31,333 nucleotides of DNA from an uncultured Candidatus Saccharibacteria bacterium (GCA_964547145.1 CAZJLL010000063.1:1-31333), one strand, 5' to 3'; positions 16,452-25,304 are shown, counted from the stretch's first letter. Numbers and translations: made by a program. Notes: a model not told the origin generated them from the sequence alone.

Positions 16452-16742
16452 TTAGTAGTTGCCGCGATCGCCAAAATTTCTCTTGGGGCGATCTTCCAAC
16501 GGACGGGCTTCCTTGACGACCAGCGTCCGGCCGTTGTAGTTGGAGTTGTTCAACGCAGCGGCGGCCGCATCAGCTTCGGCGTCATTGCCGAATTCCACGA
16601 AACCGAAACCGCGGCTGCGGCCGGTCATTTTATCGGTGATTACCGTAGCAGAGCTTACTGTGCCGTGCTGGCTGAACAGCGCCTGCAAATCGTCGGAAGT
16701 GGTTGCCCACGGAATGCCGCCGACGAAAAGTTTCTTAGCCAT
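16452..16742 (-). CDS. Single-RRM RNA-binding protein
   Basis: RNP2 KLFVGGI and RNP1 RGFGFVEF; C-terminal R/G-rich tail. Confidence 0.97.
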   Translation of the reverse strand: MAKKLFVGGIPWATTSDDLQALFSQHGTVSSATVITDKMTGRSRGFGFVEFGNDAEADAAAAALNNSNYNGRTLVVKEARPLEDRPKRNFGDRGNY

Positions 16743-16935
16743 TTGTCTTTAAGGCCTCTTAAGAGCTCATCTTGCACTCTTAAACTTATGATATTAAAAA
16801 GCTCTTTATTAAACTTCACCAGATTGCTCTTAACGAAGCCTAACACTTTTTCGACCGCCTTAAAGCAGCCGACGAACTTAAGATGATGGACTTATTATAG
16901 CAGAAACAGCCTATTCTGGCAAGGACCGGCCGGTT

Positions 16936-17589
16936 TTAGGCCTGATGCTCATGATGTTCGTGGTGCTCGTGGTGTTCATGATGCTCATGTTCCGTCTCCG
17001 CCAAATGTTCGCGGGTATGATGACGGTCCTGCAGGCAGACTCCCCACAAAGCCAGCAAATAAGACAAAAGCAGGGCGAAAACCGTGGCCGTGCCAGCCAG
17101 GATATATAGCATATTCTCCCGTACCTCAATTTCCTTCAACGACCGGCCGACCACGACATAGCCGGAAGCCTGGCCGCTGTTATAAGGCGCCACCACAATC
17201 GCCGCGCGCACGCCCGGAGCGGGCTGCCAGGTCAGGCGGCTTTCGCCGCGCATCTGGGCGTTTTTCAGGACACTCAGCGGCAGATCCGGGTTCTTGCCGT
17301 TTAAAATGACGGACGAACCCTGCAGGGTGCCGGTGGCGTCATAAATCATCAAAAATGGCGAAAGCGTCTTGGCCATTTCCACGGTACCGGTAGGTGGCAC
17401 CAGACCCTCGGGCGACTGGCCCTGGTTAATGCCGTTGACCAGGTCTTCCGCCAGCTGGATTTGCGGATCATTGGCCGACAGGCGGTAATTCTGCTGCACG
17501 GCTACGCAGGTTAAGGCGCCAAAGACAATAATGGCCGAGGCCAGGGGCAGCCACTGCCACAGCGCCGCTTTTAACTGTTTGGTTTGCAT
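16936..17589 (-). CDS. Two-TM protein with an extracellular sensor-like domain and a His/Glu-rich cytoplasmic tail
   Basis: Start re-set to MQTKQLK (17589). TM1, ~140-aa extracellular domain, TM2, then HHTREHLAETEHEHHEHHEHHEHHEHQA encoded by 9-bp tandem repeats. Confidence 0.82.
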   Translation of the reverse strand: MQTKQLKAALWQWLPLASAIIVFGALTCVAVQQNYRLSANDPQIQLAEDLVNGINQGQSPEGLVPPTGTVEMAKTLSPFLMIYDATGTLQGSSVILNGKNPDLPLSVLKNAQMRGESRLTWQPAPGVRAAIVVAPYNSGQASGYVVVGRSLKEIEVRENMLYILAGTATVFALLLSYLLALWGVCLQDRHHTREHLAETEHEHHEHHEHHEHHEHQA

Positions 17590-17708
17590 GTTTTCTAATT
17601 TTTTACTGTTCAGTTTTTTTATTATACAAAGTTTTTGCCGTCTTGGCCATTGCACCGCCGTGCTTTGTGGTATGATAAGGTTATTCGCCGCGATTAAGGA
17701 GGTGCCCA

Positions 17709-18109
17709 ATGACGGCGGGCATGGGGTAGTAGTACCCCACTATAGCACACAAACCAGAAACTGGAACCGGGGATTGGCCGTCGCGCTGGCCGTAGCGTGC
17801 GCGGTCACCCTCTTGCTGATTGTCCTGGACGCGCCAGCGGCAGTTGCCGGAGCGGCCGGGGAAGGAGGATATTACGTCGCCTTGGTGGCGGCGGTCAAGG
17901 AATTGCGCCAGCAGTTCCTAAGCCTGCAGTTTAAAACCGTCCTGCTGCAAGTGGGGCGGGGAAATCTGCTGGCCGAATTGGCCGACGCCGCCGCACAGCC
18001 GATGCTGCTGTGGTCCTGCTCTTTGCTGTTTCAGCAAAAACTGCCGGCCACCGCGGCATTCACCGTAGTATCCTGCCTGCTGTACTTTGTTATGGCGCGC
18101 AAGAGATAA
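17709..18109 (+). pseudogene. Membrane protein gene with an apparent 1-bp frameshift near its start
   Basis: Strong SD AAGGAGGTG (17696-17704) and ATG 17709 give only MTAGMG*. One extra G in GGGG (17723-17726) joins it to the hydrophobic frame VVVPHYSTQ...FVMARKR ending at 18109. Confidence 0.55.
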
Positions 18110-18474
18110 GCGCGCCAAGCTTTTGGCCGGACCTTTGTTTAGGGGTCCGGCCATTTTTCATAAAATTCGGCGCTATGGTATAATATAGCAAATCGCTTTT
18201 TTAAAGAGCTCGCTAAAAACAGAGCCATGAGCAACGAAACAAAACATAAATTTATCCTGCCTGTAAAAAAACTTGTTAAAAATAAGGGGGATTTTCTTTG
18301 CCGCTACATAGCTTTCGGCTATAAATAGCCGGCCGGACTTGAATTTTTAATAATTTTACCTAATCATATAATTAAATAGTTAATATTTTACCAATGAAAC
18401 ACGAAGCAGACTTGGGGCCGCTGCTGCAATACGACAATCTGGCCATCAGCAGGGCAACCAGACAAGCCACCAAT

Positions 18475-18960
18475 ATGATAATCCAAAACCAAAACAAAGG
18501 TTTTACCCTGATTGAACTGCTGGTGGTAATCGCCATCATTGGCCTGTTGGCTTCCGTAGTCTTGGTGGCCTTAAACAGTACCAGGCAAAAAGCCCGTGAT
18601 GCCAAGCGCATTGCGGACATGAACCAGATTGCCAAGGCTATGGAGCTATACTTCAACGACCATAACAGCTACCCGACCAACAATCTCACCACTTACAGCC
18701 TGCTAAGCACTTCTTCCGCACCCGGCCTGGCGCCGACTTACTTAAGCGTAATGCCCGCGGCTCCCGCGCCGGCCGACTCCACAACCTGCGCCGCCACTTA
18801 CGGCGGCACCGGCCGCGTAGCCAATGACTATCAGTACGCGGGCACCGGCACCGGCAAAACCACTATCAATACCTATACCTTAACCTTCTGCCTGGGCGGC
18901 GCCACCGGCTCGCTGTCCGGCCCCTCGGTTCATACGCTGACGCCTGGCGGTTTTCAATAA
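18475..18960 (+). CDS. Type IV pilin / pseudopilin-like protein (paralog of 5869-6372)
   Basis: KG|[48 protein letters not shown]...HTLTPGGFQ. Start re-set to MIIQNQNK (18475). Confidence 0.93.
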   Translation: MIIQNQNKGFTLIELLVVIAIIGLLASVVLVALNSTRQKARDAKRIADMNQIAKAMELYFNDHNSYPTNNLTTYSLLSTSSAPGLAPTYLSVMPAAPAPADSTTCAATYGGTGRVANDYQYAGTGTGKTTINTYTLTFCLGGATGSLSGPSVHTLTPGGFQ

Positions 18961-18970
18961 CCCGGACAAT

Positions 18971-19009
18971 ATAAAAAGCCTCTCCCTTAACCGGCGAGAG
19001 GCTTTTTAT
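18971..19009. terminator. Bidirectional terminator between the pilin and the P-type ATPase
   Basis: ATAAAAAGCCTCTC-ccttaaccggc-GAGAGGCTTTTTAT. Confidence 0.88.
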
Positions 19010-19010
19010 A

Positions 19011-21152
19011 TTATGACAGTTTGTTTCTCTTCAGCAGCACGGCATTAATGGCCACAATCACGGTGCTAAGCGACATCAGCACGGCAGATATGGCCGGCTG
19101 CAGCAGAATGCCCCACGCGGCCAAAACCCCGGCTGCCAGAGGCAAGGCCACCACGTTATAGCCCGTCGCCCAGAACAAATTCTGCAGCATTTTGCGGTAA
19201 GTCAGCTTGGATAATTGGATAATTTTGGGAATGTCGCGTGGGTCGTTTTTCACCAAAATAATGCCGGCGGATTCTATGGCCACGTTGGTGCCGGCGCCGA
19301 TGGCGATGCCCAGGTCGGCCTGGGTCAACGCCGGGGCGTCGTTGACGCCGTCGCCGACCATCGCTACTTTCATCCCTTTGTCCTGCAGCAGCTTGACCTT
19401 GCCGGCTTTTTGTTCCGGCAGGACCCTGGCAAAATACTCGTCAATGCCCAGCTCGCCGGCTACCCAGGCCGCCACGTCGTCGGAATCGCCGGTTACCATG
19501 GCTACCCTAACGCCCAAAGATTTTAACTTTTTTACCGCCTCCCTGGACTCGCTGCGGATAACGTCGCCTAAGGCAATTATGCCCAGCAGCTGCTTTTCCC
19601 TTATCACAAAAGTCACGGTCTTGCCCTGCTTTTCCAGCTGGCCGGCCTGGCCGGCCAGCTTGCCGTCCAAATTTTTACCCGTCTCCCGCATGAGAGTGGC
19701 GCTGCCGACCAAAACTTCCTTATTATTTATAATCGCCCTGGCGCCCTTGCCGGGGATGCGCTGGAAGTCTTTCACTTCATACGGGACAATGCTGCGCTTG
19801 CCGGCTTCGCCGGCCAGGGCCTTGGCGATGGGGTGTTCGGAACGGCTGTTGACCGAAGCGGCCAGCTTAAGAATTTCCTCGGCAGCGGCGCCGGAGGCGG
19901 AAATTACGGTATCAACTCCGTACTCGCCCTTGGTCAGCGTGCCGGTTTTATCAAACAGCACCGCATTGACGTCGCGGGCGGCTTCCAGGGCCAGCCGCTG
20001 TTTGACCAGCAGGCCGTTTTTTGCCGCCATGTTGGTGGAAATAGAAGCAACCAGCGGAATGGCCAAACCCAGGGCGTGCGGACAGGTAATAACCAAAACC
20101 GCCACGGTCCGCTGCAGGGCAAAATTAACCCCCGCCCCCTGCAGCAGCCAGACGACAAAAGTCAAAGCGCCGGCAATCAGGGCAACGATGGTCAGATAAT
20201 AGGCAGCGCGATCAGACAGCACCTGCAGCCGGGACTTGGAATTCTGAGCTTCGGCCACCAGCTTCATCACCCCGGCCAGAAAAGTCTGTTCGCCGATTTT
20301 AGCCACCCGCACCTGCAGGCTGCCGTCGCCGTTGATTGTGCCTGCAATCACCTGGTCTGTCACGGACTTTTCCGCCGGTTTGGATTCGCCGGTGACCATT
20401 GATTCGTCAATTTCAGATTTGCCTTCCGCAATAACACCGTCAGCCGCAATCTTGCCGCCGGGCCTGACCACGAATATATCGCCGACCTGCAGCTGCTTAA
20501 GCGGAATCGTTTCGGTCTTGCCGCCGCGGACGACTTCCGCCGTGTCCGGCAGCAGCTTGGCCAGCTCGCCAAGCGCCCCCTGCGCCCCCTGCACGGCCCG
20601 CATTTCCACCCAGTGGCCGAGCAGCATAATGGTAATTAAGGTGGTCAGTTCCCACCACAGCGTTTCGCCGTGCAAAAACAGGTTGGAATACAGGCTGTAA
20701 GCAAAGGCCACGGTAATGGCCATGCCGATTAAGGTCATCATGCCCGGCTGTCCGGCTTTCAGTTCGCGCCAGCCGCCGACCAGAAAGACCCAGCCGCCAT
20801 AGAAAAAGACTACGGTGCCAAGCAGCAGGGGCAGATAAGCGGAGCCGGGAAAGCCGGGCGCGGTCCAGCCCAGCAGGGTGTAGAGGATTTCCGAATACAG
20901 CACGACAAACACGCTCAAAACCAGGCTGACCCAAAACTTCTTTTTGAACATGTTGGTGGAATGGCCTTCGTGCTTGTTGAAACCGCCCATCTGCCCGTGC
21001 CCGGCATGGTTCATGCCGGCCGCTTTCCCGGACGGGACGGGCAGCAGGTTCATGCCGCAAAGCGGACATCGCCCCGGCGTATTCTGCCTAATCTCCGGGT
21101 GCATCGGGCAGGAATATATCATTCCCGCGCCATGGTTATGATTGTGTTCCAT
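19011..21152 (-). CDS. copB: Copper-translocating P1B-type ATPase, CopB (P1B-3) type
   Basis: TGES, intramembrane CPH, DKTGTLT, SEHP, GDGVNDAP, YN and MSLS motifs. N-terminal YSCPMHP...CPLCGM and His-rich stretch. Start re-set to MEHNHNH (21152); the ORF-track extension overlaps the small gene upstream. Confidence 0.95.
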   Translation of the reverse strand: MEHNHNHGAGMIYSCPMHPEIRQNTPGRCPLCGMNLLPVPSGKAAGMNHAGHGQMGGFNKHEGHSTNMFKKKFWVSLVLSVFVVLYSEILYTLLGWTAPGFPGSAYLPLLLGTVVFFYGGWVFLVGGWRELKAGQPGMMTLIGMAITVAFAYSLYSNLFLHGETLWWELTTLITIMLLGHWVEMRAVQGAQGALGELAKLLPDTAEVVRGGKTETIPLKQLQVGDIFVVRPGGKIAADGVIAEGKSEIDESMVTGESKPAEKSVTDQVIAGTINGDGSLQVRVAKIGEQTFLAGVMKLVAEAQNSKSRLQVLSDRAAYYLTIVALIAGALTFVVWLLQGAGVNFALQRTVAVLVITCPHALGLAIPLVASISTNMAAKNGLLVKQRLALEAARDVNAVLFDKTGTLTKGEYGVDTVISASGAAAEEILKLAASVNSRSEHPIAKALAGEAGKRSIVPYEVKDFQRIPGKGARAIINNKEVLVGSATLMRETGKNLDGKLAGQAGQLEKQGKTVTFVIREKQLLGIIALGDVIRSESREAVKKLKSLGVRVAMVTGDSDDVAAWVAGELGIDEYFARVLPEQKAGKVKLLQDKGMKVAMVGDGVNDAPALTQADLGIAIGAGTNVAIESAGIILVKNDPRDIPKIIQLSKLTYRKMLQNLFWATGYNVVALPLAAGVLAAWGILLQPAISAVLMSLSTVIVAINAVLLKRNKLS

Positions 21153-21160
21153 ATCTTCAA

Positions 21161-21304
21161 TTATAGCACCTTGGCAATCAAGAAAATCAACAAACCGGCA
21201 ATAATTAAGCCAAAAATCCATTTGGCCGATGAGCCGGCCGGCGATTTGGCCGCCGCAACCGAAGCCTGATCCGGTTTCTGGTCATGGGAATCACAGCAGT
21301 CCAT
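21161..21304 (-). CDS. Unannotated 47-aa single-TM protein with an N-terminal CCxxH motif
   Basis: SD AGAAAGGA 6 nt before ATG 21304. Translation MDCCDSHDQKPDQASVAAAKSPAGSSAKWIFGLIIAGLLIFLIAKVL*. Stop is 8 nt before the copB start. Confidence 0.8.
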   Translation of the reverse strand: MDCCDSHDQKPDQASVAAAKSPAGSSAKWIFGLIIAGLLIFLIAKVL

Positions 21305-21333
21305 TTTTATTCCTTTCTTGTCCCTTTGGACGC

Positions 21334-21951
21334 TTACTGATTAAAGCCGGCGATTTTTTGTGCCAGCATATCGTTGTTGATGGCCATGGTCGGGTCGTCG
21401 TAAACAAACCGCACAATACCCTGCTTGTCCAGCACTATATAAGTATGGCCGGGGTAAGCGCCTTTGTGCATGGACGAGGCCACATCCAGCAGGCCCAGAC
21501 TGCGGGAACTGCCGCCGCCCTGATCAAACAGCAGTATGGCTTTGGCCAGGTCGGGCATTTTGGCAATAGCCTGCTGCCACTGGCCAGGCTGGTCAATGAC
21601 CACGGAAAACGCCGCCGTATCGCCGCCGTTGAATCTCTGGTCAAGGCCCAGCTGCACCACCTGGTTCCAGCAGGCCGGATAGCACATAATCCCCTCGTTA
21701 AAGAACAGCACCACATTTTTACCTTTCAGGCTGGCCAAGGAATACGGCTTGCCGTCTTTGTCGCTCAGCTGCAGCGCCGGCAGCGGCTTGCCGACCAGGC
21801 TGTTTAAATCTCCCGCGGGCGGGCTGCCGGCGGCCGGAGGGTTGCCGCTGGTCTTAAACAGGGCCCAGCCGGCAAACAAGACCAGCGCGGCGGCCAGAAC
21901 AATGACAATGATGCTCTTTCTGCTATTCTGGACGTAATTATTATTGCTCAT
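21334..21951 (-). CDS. Membrane-anchored thioredoxin-fold (redoxin) protein with CxxxC and a distal His (Sco/SenC-like ligand set)
   Basis: TM anchor; GKPLPALQLSDKDGKPYSLASLKGKNVVLFF; GIMCYPACWNQ; PGHTYIVLDKQGIVRF. Start at 21951 overlaps the ccdA stop. Confidence 0.85.
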   Translation of the reverse strand: MSNNNYVQNSRKSIIVIVLAAALVLFAGWALFKTSGNPPAAGSPPAGDLNSLVGKPLPALQLSDKDGKPYSLASLKGKNVVLFFNEGIMCYPACWNQVVQLGLDQRFNGGDTAAFSVVIDQPGQWQQAIAKMPDLAKAILLFDQGGGSSRSLGLLDVASSMHKGAYPGHTYIVLDKQGIVRFVYDDPTMAINNDMLAQKIAGFNQ

Positions 21952-22798
21952 GGTTTTTGGATTGCTTAATGAACGCATAAACTAACAGGGCAAAAATTCC
22001 GACAATTATGATTGCCCAAACCAGCTCGGGCACGGCGGCAGTCAGGCTGCCGATTCTGTTTTGCCAGCCGGCCAGCAGCAAATTCATCTGCAGCTGGTAA
22101 TCGGAACGCATGGCCAGCTCGTTGTTCCAGGCCAGATAGGTAATATAGCCGCCCATGCCCAAAAAGATCAGGCCGGAAATCAATTCCAAAATGGTAATGG
22201 TCCAGCGGCGGCCCAGCAGGCTCAACTGCACGGTTTTTTTCACGTTGGCCAGCTTTTTGGCCAAATCAATCCGGTCCAGAAAAACGGAGACGATAAACAG
22301 CGGCAGCACCATGCCAATGACGTAGGCCAGGGTATAGACCACGCCCCAGATAATTTTGCCGCTGACGGCCGACAGGGCAATGACTCCAGCCAAAACCGGC
22401 GCGCAGCAGGTGGTGGCAATGGCCGAAAAAATGCCGAGCAGATAGACGGAAGTTACATGCCGCTTGAACCGGTCGCGCAGCGCGGCCGGCGTGCTAAAGC
22501 CTTTGCCCAGCAGCATGGCAATGCCTAAAGCCGCCAAAAACAGCCCGCCCAGCGTGAAAATCTTGTTGTGGTAATGGCTGAACACCGAAGCTAGGGCGGT
22601 AAAGCCCAGGCCGATGGGCAAAAACACGGTCAAAATCCCCAGGAAGAAGACAAAAGTCATAAAATAAATTTTGTATCGCTCCTTGAAGATGTTCCCCAAA
22701 TATGACGGCAGCAGCACGGAGATGCAGCATGGCGCAAACAGCGCGGCCACGCCGGCCACAAACGCCGCAATCAGGGAGGTGGTAACAAGTGGTTGCAT
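21941..22798 (-). CDS. ccdA: CcdA/DsbD-type transmembrane thiol-disulfide electron transporter
   Basis: AFVAGVAALFAPCCISVLLPSY and GIFSAIATTCCAPVLAGV, the two Pro-Cys-containing helices of CcdA; about 7 TMs. Confidence 0.88.
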   Translation of the reverse strand: MQPLVTTSLIAAFVAGVAALFAPCCISVLLPSYLGNIFKERYKIYFMTFVFFLGILTVFLPIGLGFTALASVFSHYHNKIFTLGGLFLAALGIAMLLGKGFSTPAALRDRFKRHVTSVYLLGIFSAIATTCCAPVLAGVIALSAVSGKIIWGVVYTLAYVIGMVLPLFIVSVFLDRIDLAKKLANVKKTVQLSLLGRRWTITILELISGLIFLGMGGYITYLAWNNELAMRSDYQLQMNLLLAGWQNRIGSLTAAVPELVWAIIIVGIFALLVYAFIKQSKNHEQ

Positions 22799-22890
22799 AA
22801 AGTTAACGAATGAAAATGATAAGTCCGGACAAAATTAACAAAATCGCGTAAAAAAATTTTGTTAATTTTGCCAATTTCAAATTTTGTCAC

Positions 22891-23961
22891 TTAACTTACT
22901 CCGCAGCCGCCGCGGCTCTGCGGCGCGGTTTGCGGGGCTACTTGCTGCAGCAATTGCTGATAGCCTTGGGCGGAAGAATATTGGGCCGACAGGGCCAGCT
23001 TGGGATCAACCGCGCTCCAGTTCGTGCCCTGCTTTTTAAAGTAGGCCGCCATGGTCAGATAGTTGTCCGGAAACCAATAGGAATTCACCGCCAAAGCGTA
23101 TTTGTACATATCCGTTTTGGCCACGCCCTGGGAGGCCATCAGTTCCAGCAGCCCCAGCATGGCCAGGCCGTGGTTGCAGTCCGGCAGATGGGTGGAGTTG
23201 TTGCAGCAGGGACGGTAGATATTGGCCGCGACTTCGGCCACTAGCGCCTGCTGGGCCGCCGTCAGGCTGACTAAGCCATGCATGCCATAGTGCTGCATGG
23301 CATCGCCCCGGGCCAGAGTCCAGCCGCCAGTGGAAGCAAACTTGCCCGGATCGCCGCCGTATTTGGGATCTTTCATGTCCTCGTTTAAGATAGGATTTTT
23401 GTTGCCCAGGCCCAGTGCCCAGAGCAGGTTAAGGACGACTCCCGCATTCTGGCTGCTGATGGTCAATTTGCCGTTGCCGCTGTTTTGCAGCAGGGCTTTT
23501 TGCTCGGCTGGCAGGCCGCCGGCCGCGGCATAAAGCGCTTCAAATTTTTGCTGGTCAATAACCCCGGCGGCGAGCAGCTGCTTGCCCAAAGATCCCCAGG
23601 CAACCGGCAGCGTTATGCCGGCTGCGGGTATAACCTCCGCCATAAGCGCGGGGTCGGCCGCGGCCGGCTGGGCCGGAGACGGCTGATTGGCGGCGCCGGA
23701 TAATTGCGGCGGCAGGCTGGAAGCGGTTTCTTGGCCCAGCATTTTCTGCAGCAGCGGCTTTCTGCTTATCGTAATGCTTAAGGCAAAAAACTGGTCCAGG
23801 ATTATAACGGCAATGGCAGCCAGGCCGATAATTTCCAGCCAGCTGAACCGGCCCAGGCGCCGGTAGAATGTTTTCAGTCCCGTGCGCAATTTATGCAGCC
23901 GTCCCGGTGGTGGCGCGGGCGCCGCGGCCGGGCCGTGGTCCTGTTGAATGTTGTGTTCCAT
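22891..23961 (-). CDS. Membrane-anchored, Cys/His-rich extracytoplasmic protein of unknown function
   Basis: One TM near the N-terminus; motif IYRPCCNNSTHLPDCNHGLAMLGLLE; C-terminal GGCGVS. Confidence 0.85.
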   Translation of the reverse strand: MEHNIQQDHGPAAAPAPPPGRLHKLRTGLKTFYRRLGRFSWLEIIGLAAIAVIILDQFFALSITISRKPLLQKMLGQETASSLPPQLSGAANQPSPAQPAAADPALMAEVIPAAGITLPVAWGSLGKQLLAAGVIDQQKFEALYAAAGGLPAEQKALLQNSGNGKLTISSQNAGVVLNLLWALGLGNKNPILNEDMKDPKYGGDPGKFASTGGWTLARGDAMQHYGMHGLVSLTAAQQALVAEVAANIYRPCCNNSTHLPDCNHGLAMLGLLELMASQGVAKTDMYKYALAVNSYWFPDNYLTMAAYFKKQGTNWSAVDPKLALSAQYSSAQGYQQLLQQVAPQTAPQSRGGCGVS

Positions 23962-23986
23962 GGCAAATAGATTTAAATTAATTTTA

Positions 23987-24475
23987 TTACTCCTTGCAGC
24001 AGTCCAGCATCTGGCCGATTAAGTCTTCCTTGGTTTTGGGCAACTCGTCCCGCTCCCGGCTTAAGCCGCTGCTGCTCACCAGCTTCAGGCGCAGCGCCCA
24101 AAACAGGGAATAAAGTTCGTAAGATTTGCCGAACATGTCTTTGGCTTCCTCTGTCTTGCCGGCGGACTGCAGCTTGGTGGCAACTTCCATCAGGCGCATG
24201 GCGGCGGCCAGCAGATGCTTGGTAATGCACCAGGTTTCGCCCTCGTGCCGGTCAATCATTTTGGCCAGAAGCTGCTTCCTCATTTCGCGCGCCTGGCCAA
24301 GCAGTTCAAAGTATTCGTCCTTTTTGGTCTTTTCCGCGGTAAAAAAGAAATGCTCTTCCAGGCTGACCAGATTCATAATCGCAATGCTCAAATCTTCCTC
24401 CAAAGACAAGTCAAAGCCGCCGCTTTGCTTAAGCTCGGTAACTTTTTGAATTAGCTGTTCTTGTGTTAGCTTCAT
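23987..24475 (-). CDS. Helical hypothetical protein ending in DCCKE
   Basis: Start re-set to MKLTQEQ (24475). Motifs NLVSLEEHFFFT and ETWCITKHLLA, with a C-terminal Cys-Cys. Confidence 0.85.
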   Translation of the reverse strand: MKLTQEQLIQKVTELKQSGGFDLSLEEDLSIAIMNLVSLEEHFFFTAEKTKKDEYFELLGQAREMRKQLLAKMIDRHEGETWCITKHLLAAAMRLMEVATKLQSAGKTEEAKDMFGKSYELYSLFWALRLKLVSSSGLSRERDELPKTKEDLIGQMLDCCKE

Positions 24476-24560
24476 ATGTGCTAATACTTTCGCTATGTTT
24501 ACGATTAAAAAACACCACAAAATGTGGCGCCGAAATGAACCTTGCAATGTCCCCCAGCGG

Positions 24561-25028
24561 TCAGGCAAAAGGAACCATGGCAAATTCAAACCCGCGCCAC
24601 AACGGTTTGTGGGCCGGGTCGCGTTTTTCCAAAATGGCCAGCCAGGAGCCGATTTGGTGATGGAAGGCCAAAAGGCGGCGGCGCGTAAGCAGCCGCCAGC
24701 TCTGCAGCCTGGCCAGCAGGCTGCTTTCGTAAAGCAGCAATAAGCCGAGCGGAGCTAAAAATGAGACCAGGATAATGGCCGAAATAATGACTTTCTGGAA
24801 TTGCTGCGGCGGCGCCTGCAAAAAGCTTTGCATGGCGCTTGCTTCCGTGGCGCAGCAGGACAGTCCGGCCGGCGGCTGGCGGCAGTTCTGGGTCTGCACC
24901 GCGCCGGTCGCGCAGTCCTGCGCGGCGGCCATGGCCTCGTCCATAAAAACCGTATGCAGCGCGGCCGCGGCAAAAAAGCCGGCCAGCAGAACCAAAACGA
25001 GCAAATTATAGCGGAAGAAGCGGCTCAT
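24561..25028 (-). CDS. Secreted or membrane hypothetical protein with a C-x9-C-x8-CC motif
   Basis: Signal-like N-terminus, DCATGAVQTQNCRQPPAGLSCC, second hydrophobic segment; starts 3 bp after the csoR stop. Confidence 0.7.
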   Translation of the reverse strand: MSRFFRYNLLVLVLLAGFFAAAALHTVFMDEAMAAAQDCATGAVQTQNCRQPPAGLSCCATEASAMQSFLQAPPQQFQKVIISAIILVSFLAPLGLLLLYESSLLARLQSWRLLTRRRLLAFHHQIGSWLAILEKRDPAHKPLWRGFEFAMVPFA

Positions 25029-25031
25029 AGC

Positions 25032-25304
25032 TTAACGGTTAGCAAGCCCGAACACTTCCAGCAGTTCCTGGACGGCTTTGTCCTGCTGTCCTTTCTGCTG
25101 GAACTGCCGGCTGACATGGCTCTTGAGATGGTTTTCCAGCAGGACGCTGTCCAGGCTCTTTAAGGATTTTTGCATGGAAAAAGACTGATTAAGCAGGTCC
25201 GTGCAATAAACCTCGCTCTCAATGGCCTTGGCCAGCGCCCGCGCCTGCCCTTCAATAATTTTAATCCGGTGCAGGGCCTTTTTCTTTAACTTTTGGTCAA
25301 GCAT
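25032..25304 (-). CDS. csoR: CsoR/RcnR-family metal-sensing repressor
   Basis: LHRIKIIEGQARAL, YCTDLLNQ, LLENHLKSHV; metal fingerprint x-C-H-H. Confidence 0.93.
   Translation of the reverse strand: MLDQKLKKKALHRIKIIEGQARALAKAIESEVYCTDLLNQSFSMQKSLKSLDSVLLENHLKSHVSRQFQQKGQQDKAVQELLEVFGLANR

Noticed and set aside
18227-18328. 33-aa ORF (MSNETKHKFILPVKK...) after a TGGTATAAT element upstream of the second pilin
   Set aside because: No SD and no recognisable features; the promoter more plausibly serves the pilin.
21153-21221. N-terminal extension MDFWLNYCRF... of CopB in the ORF track
   Set aside because: It is an alternative frame of the 47-aa upstream gene; MEHNHNH at 21152 is the plausible start.
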